From positions 122,765,211 through 122,829,162 of the forward strand of contig NC_068985.1 of the NCBI RefSeq assembly GCF_001194135.2: a DNA stretch of 63,952 nucleotides. The letters are read 5' to 3'. Positions 1 to 13,773 of the stretch are shown here, one piece after another (the first letter of the stretch is position 1; each line of letters starts with the position of its first letter). The notes under the pieces are model-generated. The model searched no databases and was not told the DNA's origin. It saw nothing but the letters and a program-made list of their open reading frames with translations. The position numbers and the translations under genes are program-made. The DNA comes from Octopus bimaculoides. Taxonomy: Eukaryota.

Positions 1-825
1 CTCCCCCTCCCACTTTCTGATTCCTCCGACATGCCGTCCGATGACGGCGACACGGGGGAATGGCAAGTGGCCACAGGGGGAAGGTGAAAAAGAGGGAAAA
101 AAAAGAATAGAGAAGCAAACAAACAAAGCAGGGAGATTTACCACTCCCGAAACCAAAACACCTGTACAAGACAAAAGCATTAACACAAACACAGAAACAC
201 ACTGAAATCTCTCTACTCGGATGCAGTAGGGAGATTTCAAAAATACTCGTAAAAAAAATGTACAAAAACCTCCTGAGAGAAACTTGCAAGGAGGAGAACA
301 ACCAAATCTCTCTCTCTCTCTCTCTCTCNNNNNNNNNNNNNNNNNNNNNNNNNNNNNNNNNNNNNNNNNNNNNNNNNNNNNNNNNNNNNNNNNNNNNNNN
401 NNNNNNNNNNNNNNNNNNNNNNNNNNNNNNNNNNNNNNNNNNNNNNNNNNNNNNNNNNNNNNNNNNNNNNNNNNNNNNNNNNNNNNNNNNNNNNNNNNNN
501 NNNNNNNNNNNNNNNNNNNNNNNNNNNNNNNNNNNNNNNNNNNNNNNNNNNNNNNNNNNNNNNNNNNNNNNNNNNNNNNNNNNNNNNNNNNNNNNNNNNN
601 NNNNNNNNNNNNNNNNNNNNNNNNNNNNNNNNNNNNNNNNNNNNNNNNNNNNNNNNNNNNNNNNNNNNNNNNNNNNNNNNNNNNNNNNNNNNNNNNNNNN
701 NNNNNNNNNNNNNNNNNNNNNNNNNNNNNNNNNNNNNNNNNNNNNNNNNNNNNNNNNNNNNNNNNNNNNNNNNNNNNNNNNNNNNNNNNNNNNNNNNNNN
801 NNNNNNNNNNNNNNNNNNNNNNNNN

Positions 826-1306
826 TCTGCCAAGAATGGGCGGAGGTGGTACCGCGGTGTTTTTTCAGAAGAGTCTCAAAGTAAGAGCGATATTCCTAGA
901 CCCGGAGGGTAGGCTGGTCGTGTTGGATGTCGATAGCAGTAATGGGTGTACTTTTCGACTGATAACAGTTTATGCACTGTCCTTAACAGATCGGTCGGAT
1001 TTCTTTCGACGTCTAGAAGTTTTCCTGGTAACATCTCGATCGCTTTGCTCTCATGTGGTTTTTTCCCTGCCTGAGGTTACCGTAGTCTTTTTCGTAGGCT
1101 TTTCTTTCCACGGATAGACCTAATCTGTATTACATTTTTACTCCCCCTTTTGGGAACTCTATTATAAAAAAACGGAACGTTGTTATTTCGCTGCTTACGT
1201 CCCAAACGCTGTCGATTCCTTTTGATTGTATTGTTTTTTCTCCTTCGAAAAGTAGTTTCACATTTTATTGTCCTCTGTGTATTCGGCCCTGCGTGTCTAA
1301 TAAATG
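826..1306 (+). mobile_element. Tx1/L1-like LINE relic: APE endonuclease N-terminal fragment joined directly to a 3' UTR, ending at (TATC)n
   Basis: The frame reads GGTAVFFQKSLKVRAIFLDPEGRLVVLDVDSSNGCTFRLITVYALSLTDRSDFFRRLEVFL, typical of L1/Tx1 APE domains. The end ...GGCCCTGCGTGTCTAATAAATG|TATC resembles the 3' ends at 15165 and 44758. Confidence 0.7.
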
Positions 1307-1392
<86 letters not shown>

Positions 1393-1395
1393 CCT
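1307..1395. repeat. (TATC)n/(TGTC)n microsatellite
   Basis: Seen directly. Confidence 0.95.
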
Positions 1396-1935
1396 ATCGT
1401 GTTAGATAGTTAAGTTAAATAGGTATTTTTTGATTTCTTTCACAGTTTCTTTTTTTTCTTTCCATCCGTCTTTCGATTTCTTTCTTTCTTTCTTTCTTTC
1501 TTCCTTTCTTTCTTTCTTTCTTCTCCTTCATTGTTTTACATTCTCTCTGCAATTATTTAAATTTCTTTTCATTTTGCATTGTCGCTATTGAAGCAAATTC
1601 TTCAATTTCACTGTTGGAAGAAATTAGTAAAGTGTTGTTGTATTCCATTTAATTTCTTTCTCCATTCACCATCCACAACACCCATTTCAGCTAGCTTCCT
1701 ACACTATCCTATTCAATTTCTACCTTCACCCCCACCAACTGGCATTTCAATCTGCATCCTACGCATTTCCATGTAACTCTTCAGCCACGTTGCCAAATTA
1801 GCATTATTATCAATTTATTTGCCACAATATTCACTGGAACAGTGCTCCAGCATGACCACGGTCAACAGGCTGAAACCAGCGAAAAAAAAAGTTTACATGT
1901 GGATTGTCTGTCTATCTAACTATCTATCCATATTG

Positions 1936-1995
<60 letters not shown>

Positions 1996-2776
1996 CTTAC
2001 ATACATGAGCATGCACATCCATGCACATAGACACATACATACATAAATACACATACACGCGCGCGCGCACAAGCACATATACCCATGCTTTACATATAAG
2101 AGAAACTCACCAACTCTAACTTCTGTCTTGACTTTCTCTCCTACCTTGAGTTCCCTTCCTACCTCGACTTACCTCCTCGCACCCTACTTACAGTATATGC
2201 CCCATCCCCACGTTTCCAGTTTTTCGTCTGTCTCCAACGCCTCTGCAGTGGCATCTACGACTTCAAGGTCTATGTTCAATATATGGCGTGGTTATTCGAT
2301 GTGGTTACTTACGCACCCTTATCCAAGCTACTCCTTCCCGCGCCCGTACCGTTGTTAGTACGTCATACCTTTTACTCCACGTCCGGAATCGCACTCACGG
2401 TGCTCCTTTTCTTTTACCTTCCACCTTGCCACCCTGTCTCCAACATCCAACACAACCCTGTCTTCAGCATGACTATCGACGCCGGAACCACCATCACTCG
2501 CCTCCAGAGGGAACAAGAGCTCATTTCCTCTCTGCAAGCTTATACGCCTTAATTCTTCTTATTTTTTTCTCCCCGCATGCTCTGTCACTATACATACATT
2601 GCTCTGTTTTTCTTTGCCTCTCTTCCACGTCGCTTTATTCGCATATCTCACCCCAAACTACCCTTACAGTCACGTACACATCCTTAACTCACCAACACTG
2701 TTTCCACATATACACATGCTTCGTCTCACCACCTTTCTACACACCTTCACAGCTCCTATTTACACACACACACACA

Positions 2777-3009
2777 AAGGTGGTGAGCTGGCAGAAACGT
2801 TAGCACACCGGGCGAAGTGCTTACCGGTATTTCGTCTGTCTTTACGTTCTGAGTCCAAATTCCGCCGAGGTCGATTTTGCCTCTCATCCTTTCGGGGTCG
2901 ATAAAATAAGTACCAGTTACGCACTGGGGTCGATATAATCGACTTAATCCGTTTGTCTGTCCTTGTTTGTCCCCTCTACGTTTAGGCCCTTGTGGGTAGT
3001 AAAGAAATA
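2777..3009 (+). mobile_element. tRNA-derived SINE, family A (GGTGAGCTGGCAGAA... head)
   Basis: Has A/B-box-like head, body CATCCTTTCGGGGTCGATAAAATAAGTACCAG and an A-rich tail. Many homologous copies occur in the window. Confidence 0.85.
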
Positions 3010-3611
3010 ACGCATACACAGTTCTGAGGTGTTCAACTATCTTTTACACCCACATCGACCAGCATATTCACACGTATCCAAACACACTGTCTTCTTGATA
3101 TATACGAATTCAGTCTTAATCATCGCCCAAGTATATCTCCACACATACACATATCTGTCACCATTCCCACACCATTTTGTCTCTGTCACGCATACACACA
3201 TACCATGTCATTGATACACCTGCAAAATAACGCACGCCTCCCTCTACACACACTCATATATAAACACATACACACACAGACGTACTCTCACTCATTCATA
3301 CACACAAGCTCTCACACAGACACACTTCTCTCTCTGACACTCCTACTTTGCTTGACATCCGCCCCTCACACCTGCTACAAACTCGTTAGCTTTCTCTCTC
3401 TCTCTCTCTCTGTCGCACACACACATACACACACACACACACGCACACCCTCACACCTCCCCAGACACCTCTCACACACGCACCATTCTCTTCTTGAACT
3501 CAAATCTTTACTCCCACTTTCGCTACTTTGCTCACAACATCATTCTATGTTACCAGCGTCTCACGCCCATACCTTTGCATACACTACTATCACAGCCACT
3601 ACAGCTGTTGT

Positions 3612-3825
3612 GGAGGCACGTGGCTTAGTAGTTAGGGTGTTGAACTTATGGTCGTAAGATTGTGGCTTCGATCCTTGGAGTGGGCGACGCATTGTGTTCT
3701 TGAGCAAAACACTTCATTTCACGTTGCTCCAGTCCACTCAGCTGGCAAAAATGAGTAATCCTGTGACGGACCGGCCTCCCGTCTAGGTGGGGAATTTATA
3801 CGCCATGAAAACCGGGAAAACCATG
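3612..3825 (+). mobile_element. tRNA-derived SINE, family C (GGAGGCACGTGGCTTAGT... head)
   Basis: tRNA-like head followed by TTGAGCAAAACACTTCATTTCACGTTGCTCCAGTCCACTCAGC, shared with copies at 27232 and 60050. Confidence 0.85.
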
Positions 3826-4065
3826 AAAAACGTTACACACACTTAGCGATTACACAGACAAACCAACACTTCATACCGCTACCAACACATGCCTTTATAC
3901 TTCCGCATTTGCACACTTCTGCACTCATATCCACACTCCAAAAATACCACCACACACACACCGCTCCCTCATATACCTATCTCTAAACACGGACACATTC
4001 CTTTTCTTGCACATTCACACTCATCCTCCTTTCTTAATACTTCCACAAAACTTGTGAGCGTGTTT

Positions 4066-4102
<37 letters not shown>

Positions 4103-6074
4103 TGTGTGTGTGTGTGAAAATGTGAGTGTAGCATGCTGAGTACTACTTTTATCGGCCCCTCCCCCTAAGGACTCAAACCATCATTAAATTTGGACTCAGA
4201 ACGTAAACGGTAAAAAGTGGATCTCCATTACTTTCGACGATGAATGTTTTAAAAAATCTATCAATTCAACGGCCTACTTAGTGTATAAGTAGCCGAATAT
4301 TCCACAGTCATGTGTAGTCTTATCGTAGTTCTCAAGCAGAATCAGTGTCAGCAGTGCAAGGTAAAGCCGGCTCTCGCCAACGACTGGTTTAACGCTTCCA
4401 GCTGGTGTCTTGAGGACCTTTCACTTTGTTGAAAGCATTCGGGAAAGGGCACTGATTTGAAAATACTTTCCTCCTTTACTCTCACTAGTCTCGGTTACAC
4501 TGTAAACGGTCAGGGGCACTGCATTCTCTCTTGACTAAGAGATAGAAAATACCCTGAAGTTTGATTGGAGCAGAATGCTTTTTTTTAGATGTTTTATCTT
4601 CAAGGTCCTTCGGAATTTATTTTTCACACTCATTCGCATTCAGATGATACAGTGGTGATAGACAGTGAATCGACAGACTCATTAGAACGTTGAAGTCAAT
4701 ATCTCATGGTATTTGTTCCGACTCACGGTGATCTGGATTTAAATACCGCTGAAGTCAACTTTGTCGTTCATCCATTCGACCTCGATAAAAATGTACCGGT
4801 CTAGGGCAACATGTTGAACGAACTTTTCAAGGATGGGACAAAATGCCTTGCGTATCTGTTTTGGCTCTGACAGCAACATCTACGACGACATTAGTCCCAA
4901 GTTGCATTTGCTCCAGTTGGAAACCTTTTAGTTGAATGATAGTGGCGGCGTGGAGAAGGGGAGATATTTCATGCATGGGTAATTGCTTGTCTTTCTCAAC
5001 AACAACATGGCCAGACCAGCTCATACATGTGCAGATACACAGTCAACACTAACCCATCGGAGACCCTGGGAAACAATAACAAAACATCCAAAAATAACAA
5101 CAGCAACAACAACAACAACAACAACAACACAAGCGTAACATTACCAATAACAACACATACAAGAAAAGCAAAACCTTTTTACAAACTAAAAATCATTGTA
5201 GATTCTAATGACTTCAAGTGTTTTTATCGTTCATGATGCTAATGCGAATATTCGCATTAAGGTAGTTAGAAAGACATATAACAACATCGATAGATGGCTA
5301 TCTAGGTAGATAGATTAAACAACAAAGCATCTGTATTATTTAATATTATTATTTACATTTCCTTCAACCATTCCTGCTGGTTATAAATTCTTAAGATAAA
5401 GAACAGGAAATATTCCAAAAATAAAATGGAAATTACTGTAAAATATATAAGTAAATGATAAATTAGAGTTAGAAAAAAGCCCATAAATAATTCAGGTGAA
5501 TAACGTATTAAAATTATTTCTAACTTATTTCCTCTGTAGCCGCCATTTTCTTTTTTCTGTTGCTTCTTTTCTCTGTTCAAACGATTTTACTTTATTTTAT
5601 ATTCAAACGCTTTATCTCTCTTACCATGTCCACAATTAATATCGTATTCTATTCACTGTTGTTTCAATTCTATAATTCTACCATTCGCTTCCTTTTGTCA
5701 CTCTTTTATCTTTCGCTAAATTTAACCACGACTACGACTACGAAAACGACGACGACGTCGACGACAACCACCACCACCACCACCACCACCACTCATATCC
5801 CTAATACTTCCATTTTCTCCGTTTATTTATTATTTTTCTTCATTGTTTTCCATATTGCATTATATTCTGTGTTCTCTTCCTTTCACTCACTCTTTGTTTG
5901 TGAGTATGAGCAGGCACACACATACACGCAAACACACACACAGATAGATATATGTAAATGTATATGTATATACATATATACAATACATGTATGTACAGAT
6001 GCTGTTATGTTCACATACCCAAACACATACACACATTTATAAACATTGATACATACACATATATATACCTATTC

Positions 6075-6109
<35 letters not shown>

Positions 6110-6374
6110 NNNNNNNNNNNNNNNNNNNNNNNNNNNNNNNNNNNNNNNNNNNNNNNNNNNNNNNNNNNNNNNNNNNNNNNNNNNNNNNNNNNNNNNNNNN
6201 NNNNNNNNNNNNNNNNNNNNNNNNNNNNNNNNNNNNNNNNNNNNNNNNNNNNNNNNNNNNNNNNNNNNNNNNNNNNNNNNNNNNNNNNNNNNNNNNNNNN
6301 NNNNNNNNNNNNNNNNNNNNNNNNNNNNNNNNNNNNNNNNNNNNNNNNNNNNNNNNNNNNNNACATATATGTAT

Positions 6375-6409
<35 letters not shown>

Positions 6410-6884
6410 CACACACATATATGTATATACACACACACACATATATGTATATATGTATATCTGTGTATATATATATATATAAATATGTTAGCATATTATG
6501 AGTGTGTACATATTTGTATGTGCATATGTTTATATATATATATGTGTGTGAGTTTGCATGTATGTGTGTGTGTGTGTGTGTGTATACCTGTATGCATATA
6601 CATACATACACACATTTATATACATACATATATTCATAAATACATACACGCAAACAAAAATAAGTGTGTATTTATCAATTTCATCGTTCACCATCACCGC
6701 TTCAAATTCTGGCTTGTTCCGAGACACAAAACCCGTGCGTCAGAAAGTTTTATGACGTCAATGCGATAGAATTGACAGACACCTTTCAGAATGAATCATA
6801 ACCCTAACGACGTTCTCACAAAACTATAAGAGGCAACCTCTCTGGTTCCTGGATTTAATCGTATTTATTCGCAAATTGAATAAA

Positions 6885-7107
6885 TATTGGTTTCAAAATT
6901 TTGGCTCAATACCAGCTATTTCGGGGGAAAGTGTAAGTCGATGACATAGACCCCACCCCTAGTGCTCAACTGGTACTTATTTTATCGATCCCCGAAAGGA
7001 TGAAAAGTAAAGTCGACCTCGGCGGAACTTGAACTCAGAACGACGGACGAAATGTCGCTAAGCATTGTTCTCGGCACGGTAACAATTCTGCCAAGTCGCC
7101 ACCTTAA
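6885..7107 (-). mobile_element. SINE family A copy
   Basis: Reverse-complement match to 2777-3009 (TGGTACTTATTTTATCGATCCCCGAAAGGATG...GAACTCAGAACG). Confidence 0.85.
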
Positions 7108-7379
7108 AATGAATAAATATTGAAAGGTTGTAAGGGAATTACAGCAAACTGGAGTAGAGCGAATTTTTTTACGTGTGGGTGAATGGATTCTATAAGTATT
7201 ATTTGTTACACAGACACATTTATGTATGCATCTATAAACAGTGTAAAGTCATATTTAACACGTTCGATTGTAATTGGTCGCGATGAGACCGAAAGTTGCA
7301 AGAATGTTCAGGGAGAAGATTCTCCACCTAAACTTCCGTAAATACGTATTTTGCTTTGGGCTTTGGATGACATCAGTAG

Positions 7380-7740
7380 ATTGTAAGTATGTTCCTCATC
7401 ATCAGCTGCGAATGCTAACTCAGCTGCCAACAACCTGGTCAGTATGAAGTTATACTTATTAAAATAACAGACGGATATAGTACACTTGTAGACCAAGCAC
7501 TGAAGTGTAGCCTTTAGTAATGGAGTACCAGTCAGTAGTCAGTGGAGTGGTCCAATCCGGATGCAACCCAGATTGTTAGTGCGAGTATCAGCAGCACCGT
7601 CCCAGAGGTAAGAATAGCACTCCATTGTGGAGTCCACTTGAGCCTTATAGAGTGTTAGCAGTTGTTGGGTCTGCAATATCTCCTGGTCCTAAACAGAAGA
7701 GCTAATCTTGGGGAACCGGTTCTAGCTATGCTAAAAATGT
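7380..7740 (-). mobile_element. CR1/L2/Jockey-group LINE fragment, region C-terminal to RT, decayed
   Basis: The minus strand reads QQLLTLYKAQVDSTMECYSYLWDGAA, resembling the LLTLYKAQVRP.MEY.S..W.GA motif of these LINEs. Confidence 0.65.
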
Positions 7741-7929
7741 ACAGGAGAGATTTTCGTTCATAATGAAGTTCCTCATTCCAGGCGAATATGTAGATTCAAA
7801 GTGAGCGATGTGCAAATATATATACATACACAATTACATATCTATATATTTATATACGTATATGTGAGTGTGTGTGTGTGTATGTGTTAAGGAAGAAAAC
7901 AGCATCACACAACGCCCTTCTGAACATGA

Positions 7930-8050
7930 GCATCACTCAGGAAAGGAAAGAAAGAGAATTTGGCGTTTCGAGCGAAGCTCTTCGTGGGAAATATAGGCAA
8001 GTCTGAAGGAGGGAAGATGGAGGAAGAAAAAAATCGCCAACGATATACAC
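7930..8050 (-). mobile_element. PLE terminal repeat (pLTR) fragment with hammerhead-like motif; repeated at ~8188-8258
   Basis: CTCAGGAAAGG...CGTTTCGAGCGAAGCTCTTCG matches the reverse complement of the PLE 3' end at 22600-22660 and the window end at 63905-63952. Confidence 0.6.
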
Positions 8051-8544
8051 GAGGTTACATTATATATATATACATATATATACATACACAATTACATATC
8101 TATATATTTATATACGTATATGTGAGTGTGTGTGTGTGTATGTGTTAAGGAAGAAAACAGCATCACACAACGCCCTTCTGAACATGAGCATCACTCAGGA
8201 AAGGAAAGAAAGAGAATTTGGCGTTTCGAGCGAAGCTCTTCGTGGGAAATATAGGCAANNNNNNNNNNTACATACATACATACATCCATATATATATATA
8301 TATATATATAAAGAATGAGTAAATATTCAAAATAAATATTCGTAAAGATATTATTATTATTATCGTCAGCGGCAAATCTAACTAGCTGAGATAAAATTCC
8401 ACTTTTTTGTCCGATTTCTGGTGGTTCGTTACATATTTTCGGTGCAACTGGTGGTTAAGTTGGGGGTTTTTACTTCCATTTTCTAGCAAGCTTTTGCTTC
8501 GTGTACCTTCTAATATAATTATATGTATATGTATATACCCATGT

Positions 8545-8823
8545 GTGTGTGTCTTTGTGCCTGAGTTTGTACTCCCGTCATCGTTTCACAACCGGTGTTG
8601 GTATGTTTACTTCCCCGTAACTTAGTGTTCGGCAATAGAGAGTGATGGAATAGGTACTAGGCTTTAAAAAACAAACCCTGGGGTCGATTTGTTCGACTAA
8701 AATCCTTCAAACCAGTGCTCAAGCATTGCCACAGTCAAATGAGTGAAACAAGTGAAAGAGTAAAAGAATAAAAGAATAAAAGAATAAAAGAATAAAAGAG
8801 TAAAAGAGTAAAAGAATAAAAGA
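8545..8823 (+). mobile_element. SINE family B, 3' half with (TAAAAGAA/G)n tail
   Basis: CCCGTAACTTAG...GGGGTCGATTTGTTCGACTAAAA...GTCAAATGAGTGAAACAAGT is shared with copies at 42896, 51055 and 62745. Confidence 0.85.
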
Positions 8824-10856
8824 ATATATGCGCGCATACACCCACTCGTAATAGAATTTCACTTCCTTTTCAAGATGACGTTGACGTTGGGTCATCTTAA
8901 TAAATTATACCTTAAGTCTAAACCTGTATTCCATTCACGTTTATTGAGCAATTTGCTGGAGCTTTTGCTATAGCTTTGCACGAAAAATATACGGTATTTA
9001 TTTCTATAATGAATACACACACACACACACACACACACATACACACACACACACATATTTGTGTGTGTGTGTGTGCATGCATACATATGAGAAAATCCTG
9101 AAATAAGTATATCAAATAACCATTATTAGAGCTACGTGCATTGTGTTATTTTTATACATACCCGCATTCAGAAACACAAGTACACACACACACACACATA
9201 TGCATATTACAATCCTGTTAGTTCTGTTGCATGTGTGGTAAACCAAAGTATGCTAGTGTGAGGAGAGGGGGGGAAAAATAATATTATTCAGAAATATATG
9301 GAAATAATTCAGACACCACACTCATCAGCTCCCATTGAGTAGGATGAAAATTCCTATATTAGAGATCTGCCGGAACAAGAATACCAGATAATTTCGCTGA
9401 TTATCTTCAAGAATTTCACCTCCGCAAATACTATTCACCCCCGCCCACCAACAACAACAGCAACCACAGTAAAGCATACATGCGCGCGCACAAGTTTTCT
9501 TTTCTCTTTCCTTGCTGTGTTTTTTAACACGATATGCACAAACACACACACACACACACACACACGCACTCACACACAAACAGACATACACACATAATAC
9601 ATACATACATACACACATAATACATACATACATACATACACATATATATTTATATATACACACATATACGTGTATGCGTGGACACACGCACACATATATA
9701 TATAATACATATATACGCAAGTGTATGTATAGGTATGTGTATGCATGTATGTATGTGTGTGTGTGTGTATACATTTTTTTTAACAATTAGATCTAATTGC
9801 CCTTTACCCAAATCTGGATATACCCATTTTTATACACATTTTCATCTTATTCTATCTTTGAGAGTGACCCCTAGTTTTCACTCCCTGCATAGGTGTTTGC
9901 TTTGTCATTGGTAATGCTTTTCCCTATATATATATATATATATATNNNNNNNNNNNNNNNNNNNNNNNNNNNNNNNNNNNNNNNNNNNNNNNNNNNNNNN
10001 NNNNNNNNNNNNNNNNNNNNNNNNNNNNNNNNNNNNNNNNNNNNNNNNNNNNNNNNNNNNNNNNNNNNNNNNNNNNNNNNNNNNNNNNNNNNNNNNNNNN
10101 NNNNNNNNNNNNNNNNNNNNNNNNNNNNNNNNNNNNNNNNNNNNNNNNNNNNNNNNNNNNNNNNNNNNNNNNNNNNNNNNNNNNNNNNNNNNNNNNNNNN
10201 NNNNNNNNNNNNNNNNNNNNNNNNNNNNNNNNNNNNNNNNNNNNNNNNNNNNNNNNNNNNNNNNNNNNNNNNNNNNNNNNNNNNNNNNNNNNNNNNNNNN
10301 NNNNNNNNNNNNNNNNNNNNNNNNNNNNNNNNNNNNNNNNNNNNNNNNNNNNNNNNNNNNNNNNNNNNNNNNNNNNNNNNNNNNNNNNNNNNNNNNNNNN
10401 NNNNNNNNNNNNNNNNNNNNNNNNNNNNNNNNNNNNNNNNNNNNNNNNNNNNNNNNNNNNNNNNNNNNNNNNNNNNNNNNNNNNNNNNNNNNNNNNNNNN
10501 NNNNNNNNNNNNNNNNNNNNNNNNNNNNNNNNNNNNNNNNNNNNNNNNNNNNNNNNNNNNNNNNNNNNNNNNNNNNNNNNNNNNNNNNNNNNNNNNNNNN
10601 NNNNNNNNNNNNNNNNNNNNNNNNNNNNNNNNNNNNNNNNNNNNNNNNNNNNNNNNNNNNNNNNNNNNNNNNNNNNNNNNNNNNNNNNNNNNNNNNNNNN
10701 NNNNNNNNNNNNNNNNNNNNNNNNNNNNNNNNNNNNNNNNNNNNNNNNNNNNNNNNNNNNNNNNNNNNNNNNNNNNNNNNNNNNNNNNNNNNNNNNNNNN
10801 NNNNNNNNNNNNNNNNNNNNNNNNNNNNNNNNNNNNNNNNNNNNNNNNNNNNNNNN

Positions 10857-10908
<52 letters not shown>

Positions 10909-11459
10909 ATATATATTCTTGTATTCTTGTACTTGTTTCAGTCATTTGACTGAGGCCATGCGGGAGCACCGCCTTAAACTTATGACAACGGTTTTTTTTT
11001 TATCAAGCAACTAGGTTGCATTGGCGGTAATAATCTCGGCTGAGATTAACAATTAGCGCACGACAATAGTTTGGCGTATATTTACATCAACCGCTTTAAC
11101 CAGTTTACGGCGGTGATACATTCGTTTACCTGCGCGTGGCAACGGTAATCACACTGATTGAGGTCAACACCGAGTGTGAGATAATGTCCGGTGTATATTT
11201 ACGTCAACCGCTTTTGTGCAAGTACTTTATATTTACCTAAGCTACATCCCTGTGCAGGACGCTCATGCGGTATTATTCCCGAATAAGATCACTCGACAAC
11301 ACAAATCAGATCAGCTTCATGTATTTACAATCACTCGTATTCTTCAGCAACACCCTTATACAGAAAGAGAGCTTCCTCCATACCCTTCTTACCAGCCCTT
11401 CTGATAAGCGCCGTGCCAGTACTTTCCCCTGGAGAGGGAGAGAGAGAGAGAGAGAGAGA

Positions 11460-11745
11460 GAGCTTCCTTGCTAATTCTTCAACTGATACAGCATTATCCT
11501 TCTCTAGCTCTGACAAAAAAGCACATCGTGAAATAATTCAACAGGCCGTCCTATTGACAATCTCTTTCTTAGGTTGAAATCATCACTTTTGAACTTTGCA
11601 AACCATCTTCTGCAACTTCTTTTGTTCAAGCAGTCTTCTCCTTAAGCAGCATGAATATTTCAGGATGCTTCTGCCGCACTATTTTCCTTTTTGAACTCAT
11701 AAAGCATTATGTGCCTTTAATGCTCTTTCGATATGTCCATCTTTG
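11460..11745 (-). pseudogene. Mariner transposase N-terminal (HTH) fragment with stops
   Basis: The minus strand reads MDISKEH*RHIMLYEFKKENSAAEAS*NIHAA*GEDCLNKRSCRRWFAKFKS...VSVEELARKL, paralleling the element at 34544. Confidence 0.8.
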
Positions 11746-12489
11746 ACGGGTTAATGTTAGTAATTAGTTCAGTCTCATCATACTGTAAAAAGAAATTACA
11801 TTAAGTTAAAGGTTTCCAAATTCATATGAGTATCAGTTGATATCATTAGAATAATGTAAAATTTGATAGAAATTACATATACAATACTATAAATATACAT
11901 ATATATGAACAGACGTTTATTTTTCAATGAACGTAACTCATAACAACTGAATTATTGAGACAATAGACAACACGAATACTAGATTTAGGTTTTTAACAGT
12001 GAATCAAATGAAATAGCTCAGCTTTGCTACTTTTTGTGTCGGAAAAAAGACTTGAATAATTAAATAAATAAATAAATAAATCACGATTTCATCCGTATTA
12101 GGCCTAATAACATCAACATTAAGAAAATGTATACGAAAATTATGCATGAGCAGCGTTTAAAACCCCTTTTCTTCAAGCTGGTTGTATGAGTATAAAAGAC
12201 AAACGTGGATCGGAATACTATAAGAGGAAATATCTTTAATTAAACTGAGATGTCAAAAAAAAAAAAAAAGAAAAAAATCTAGGTTCGCTTGTGACTGGGC
12301 TCTCAGCTTTTTTTGTTTCACTTTTTTTGCTCACTTATATATCTGGACAACAAATTCTTTTATTAAAACTTTAAAAATGTTTATTAGTTAATCCTAGTTT
12401 AGAAAAATATCCCTCTTAAACATGAGTTCATGTATGTATGACTTATGCATGCATGCATGTATGTATGTATGTGTGTATGTCTCTTCTCT

Positions 12490-13690
12490 TTTTTAATTAT
12501 TATAAATCTTCTACTGAGGAGGGATCCGGTTTCCAATAAAGATACAACGCTCCATCTTTGAGATGTAGTTAACACACAAATTCACATGGGGAACTTGAGA
12601 AAAGTCTTGAATATATTTACTGTTCCACTCACAGATTGGATTTGTAATGTACGAATCAGTCGGTCGATTTCTCTTTCTGAAAATCCCAGTTTATCCAGAT
12701 TCTCTTTAAGTATTTACTAACAAAACTTAGCGCTCCAATTATTATTGGTATGAATATGAATTCATAGTCTGGATATAGAAGCTGGAGATTTCGAAGTAGT
12801 TGCCCATAAATATCCTCTTTTTCTTTGATTTTCAAAGACATATTTATACCTACAGGGCAGCTAACCTCTATGATGGTGCATACCTTTGCCCCCTTGTCCC
12901 AAACATCAATATCCGGCCTGTTATGCTTGCATTTGACAGAAGTCTTGATGAGAATATTCCACCAGTATCCTTTGAGTTGGTGTTTATGAATGTATTCCCA
13001 AACAGAGGGATTTTCTAAGTTTATTTCAGGACAGTCTTTTTGCGGATGGCAATGTAAATTGTTTTAGCAACAACATTGTGCTGCATAGAGAGGTAGTACC
13101 GTGACGACATTTTAGGACAGCTGCTAATTACATGCGTAATGTCTTCCACAGAAACATGACAGCCTACACATACGGTTGCAGCTTGAGATTACAAGAGCGT
13201 CACTGTCCCTCTTGTTCACCAGGTACTTTGTGGCAATCTCCTGTTTCTGGATTGCAAACGCATAGCCTTCAAGGTGTGATTTGATGTAGTGGTCTTGTGT
13301 ATTAGAGGGGCTGTGTTTCGTGTTAATCCTACCGTCTTCTTCAAGCTTCCAGGCAATATACTCATGCATGGTCATTTTTTGCATGCTGAGTGCTTTCCAT
13401 CCAGGTCTTCTTTGAGGTAAGAGAGCCCAGCTGTTTTGGGGCTGTATAGGAGATCATCAGGAAGAGAGTGCTGCTGGAGGAGCTCACTGACAACTCGTAC
13501 AATGTTACTCACCTCACTTTTCAGGACTGCATTAATATATTCATTTTTGCTGCTGTTGTTTATCAGGTGCTGCCTGAAGTGATACCATACGGCATTCGAA
13601 GGCCGTCTGCTCTGATCTCAGGCCTCTACCATCTTCATTTCTTCTTAGGCAGAGCCTGTCAACATCACTGTTTTTGTGGAAGTTTCCGGT
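12490..13690 (-). mobile_element. 5'-truncated REL-endonuclease non-LTR retrotransposon (R4/Dong-like), decayed
   Basis: Reads NFHKNSDVDRLCLRRNEDGRGL (post-RT motif), then EGYAFAIQKQEIATK...CNRMCRL (CCHC region), then SLKIKEKEDIYGQLLRNLQLLYPDYEFIFIPIIIGAL (REL tail). Confidence 0.8.
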
Positions 13691-13699
13691 TGTATGTAT

Positions 13700-13773
13700 G
13701 ATCCATCCATCTATCCATCCGTCCGTCCGCCCGTCCGTCCGTCCGTCCGTCTGTCTGTCTGTCTGCCTGTCTG

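Noticed and set aside
4829-5236. Short ORFs 4827-5024 and 5027-5236
   Set aside because: There is no recognisable motif, and the second is driven by an (AAC)n repeat.
8755-8823. Regular (TAAAAGAA/G)n repeat as a CRISPR-like or satellite array
   Set aside because: There are no unique spacers. It is the tail of SINE family B.
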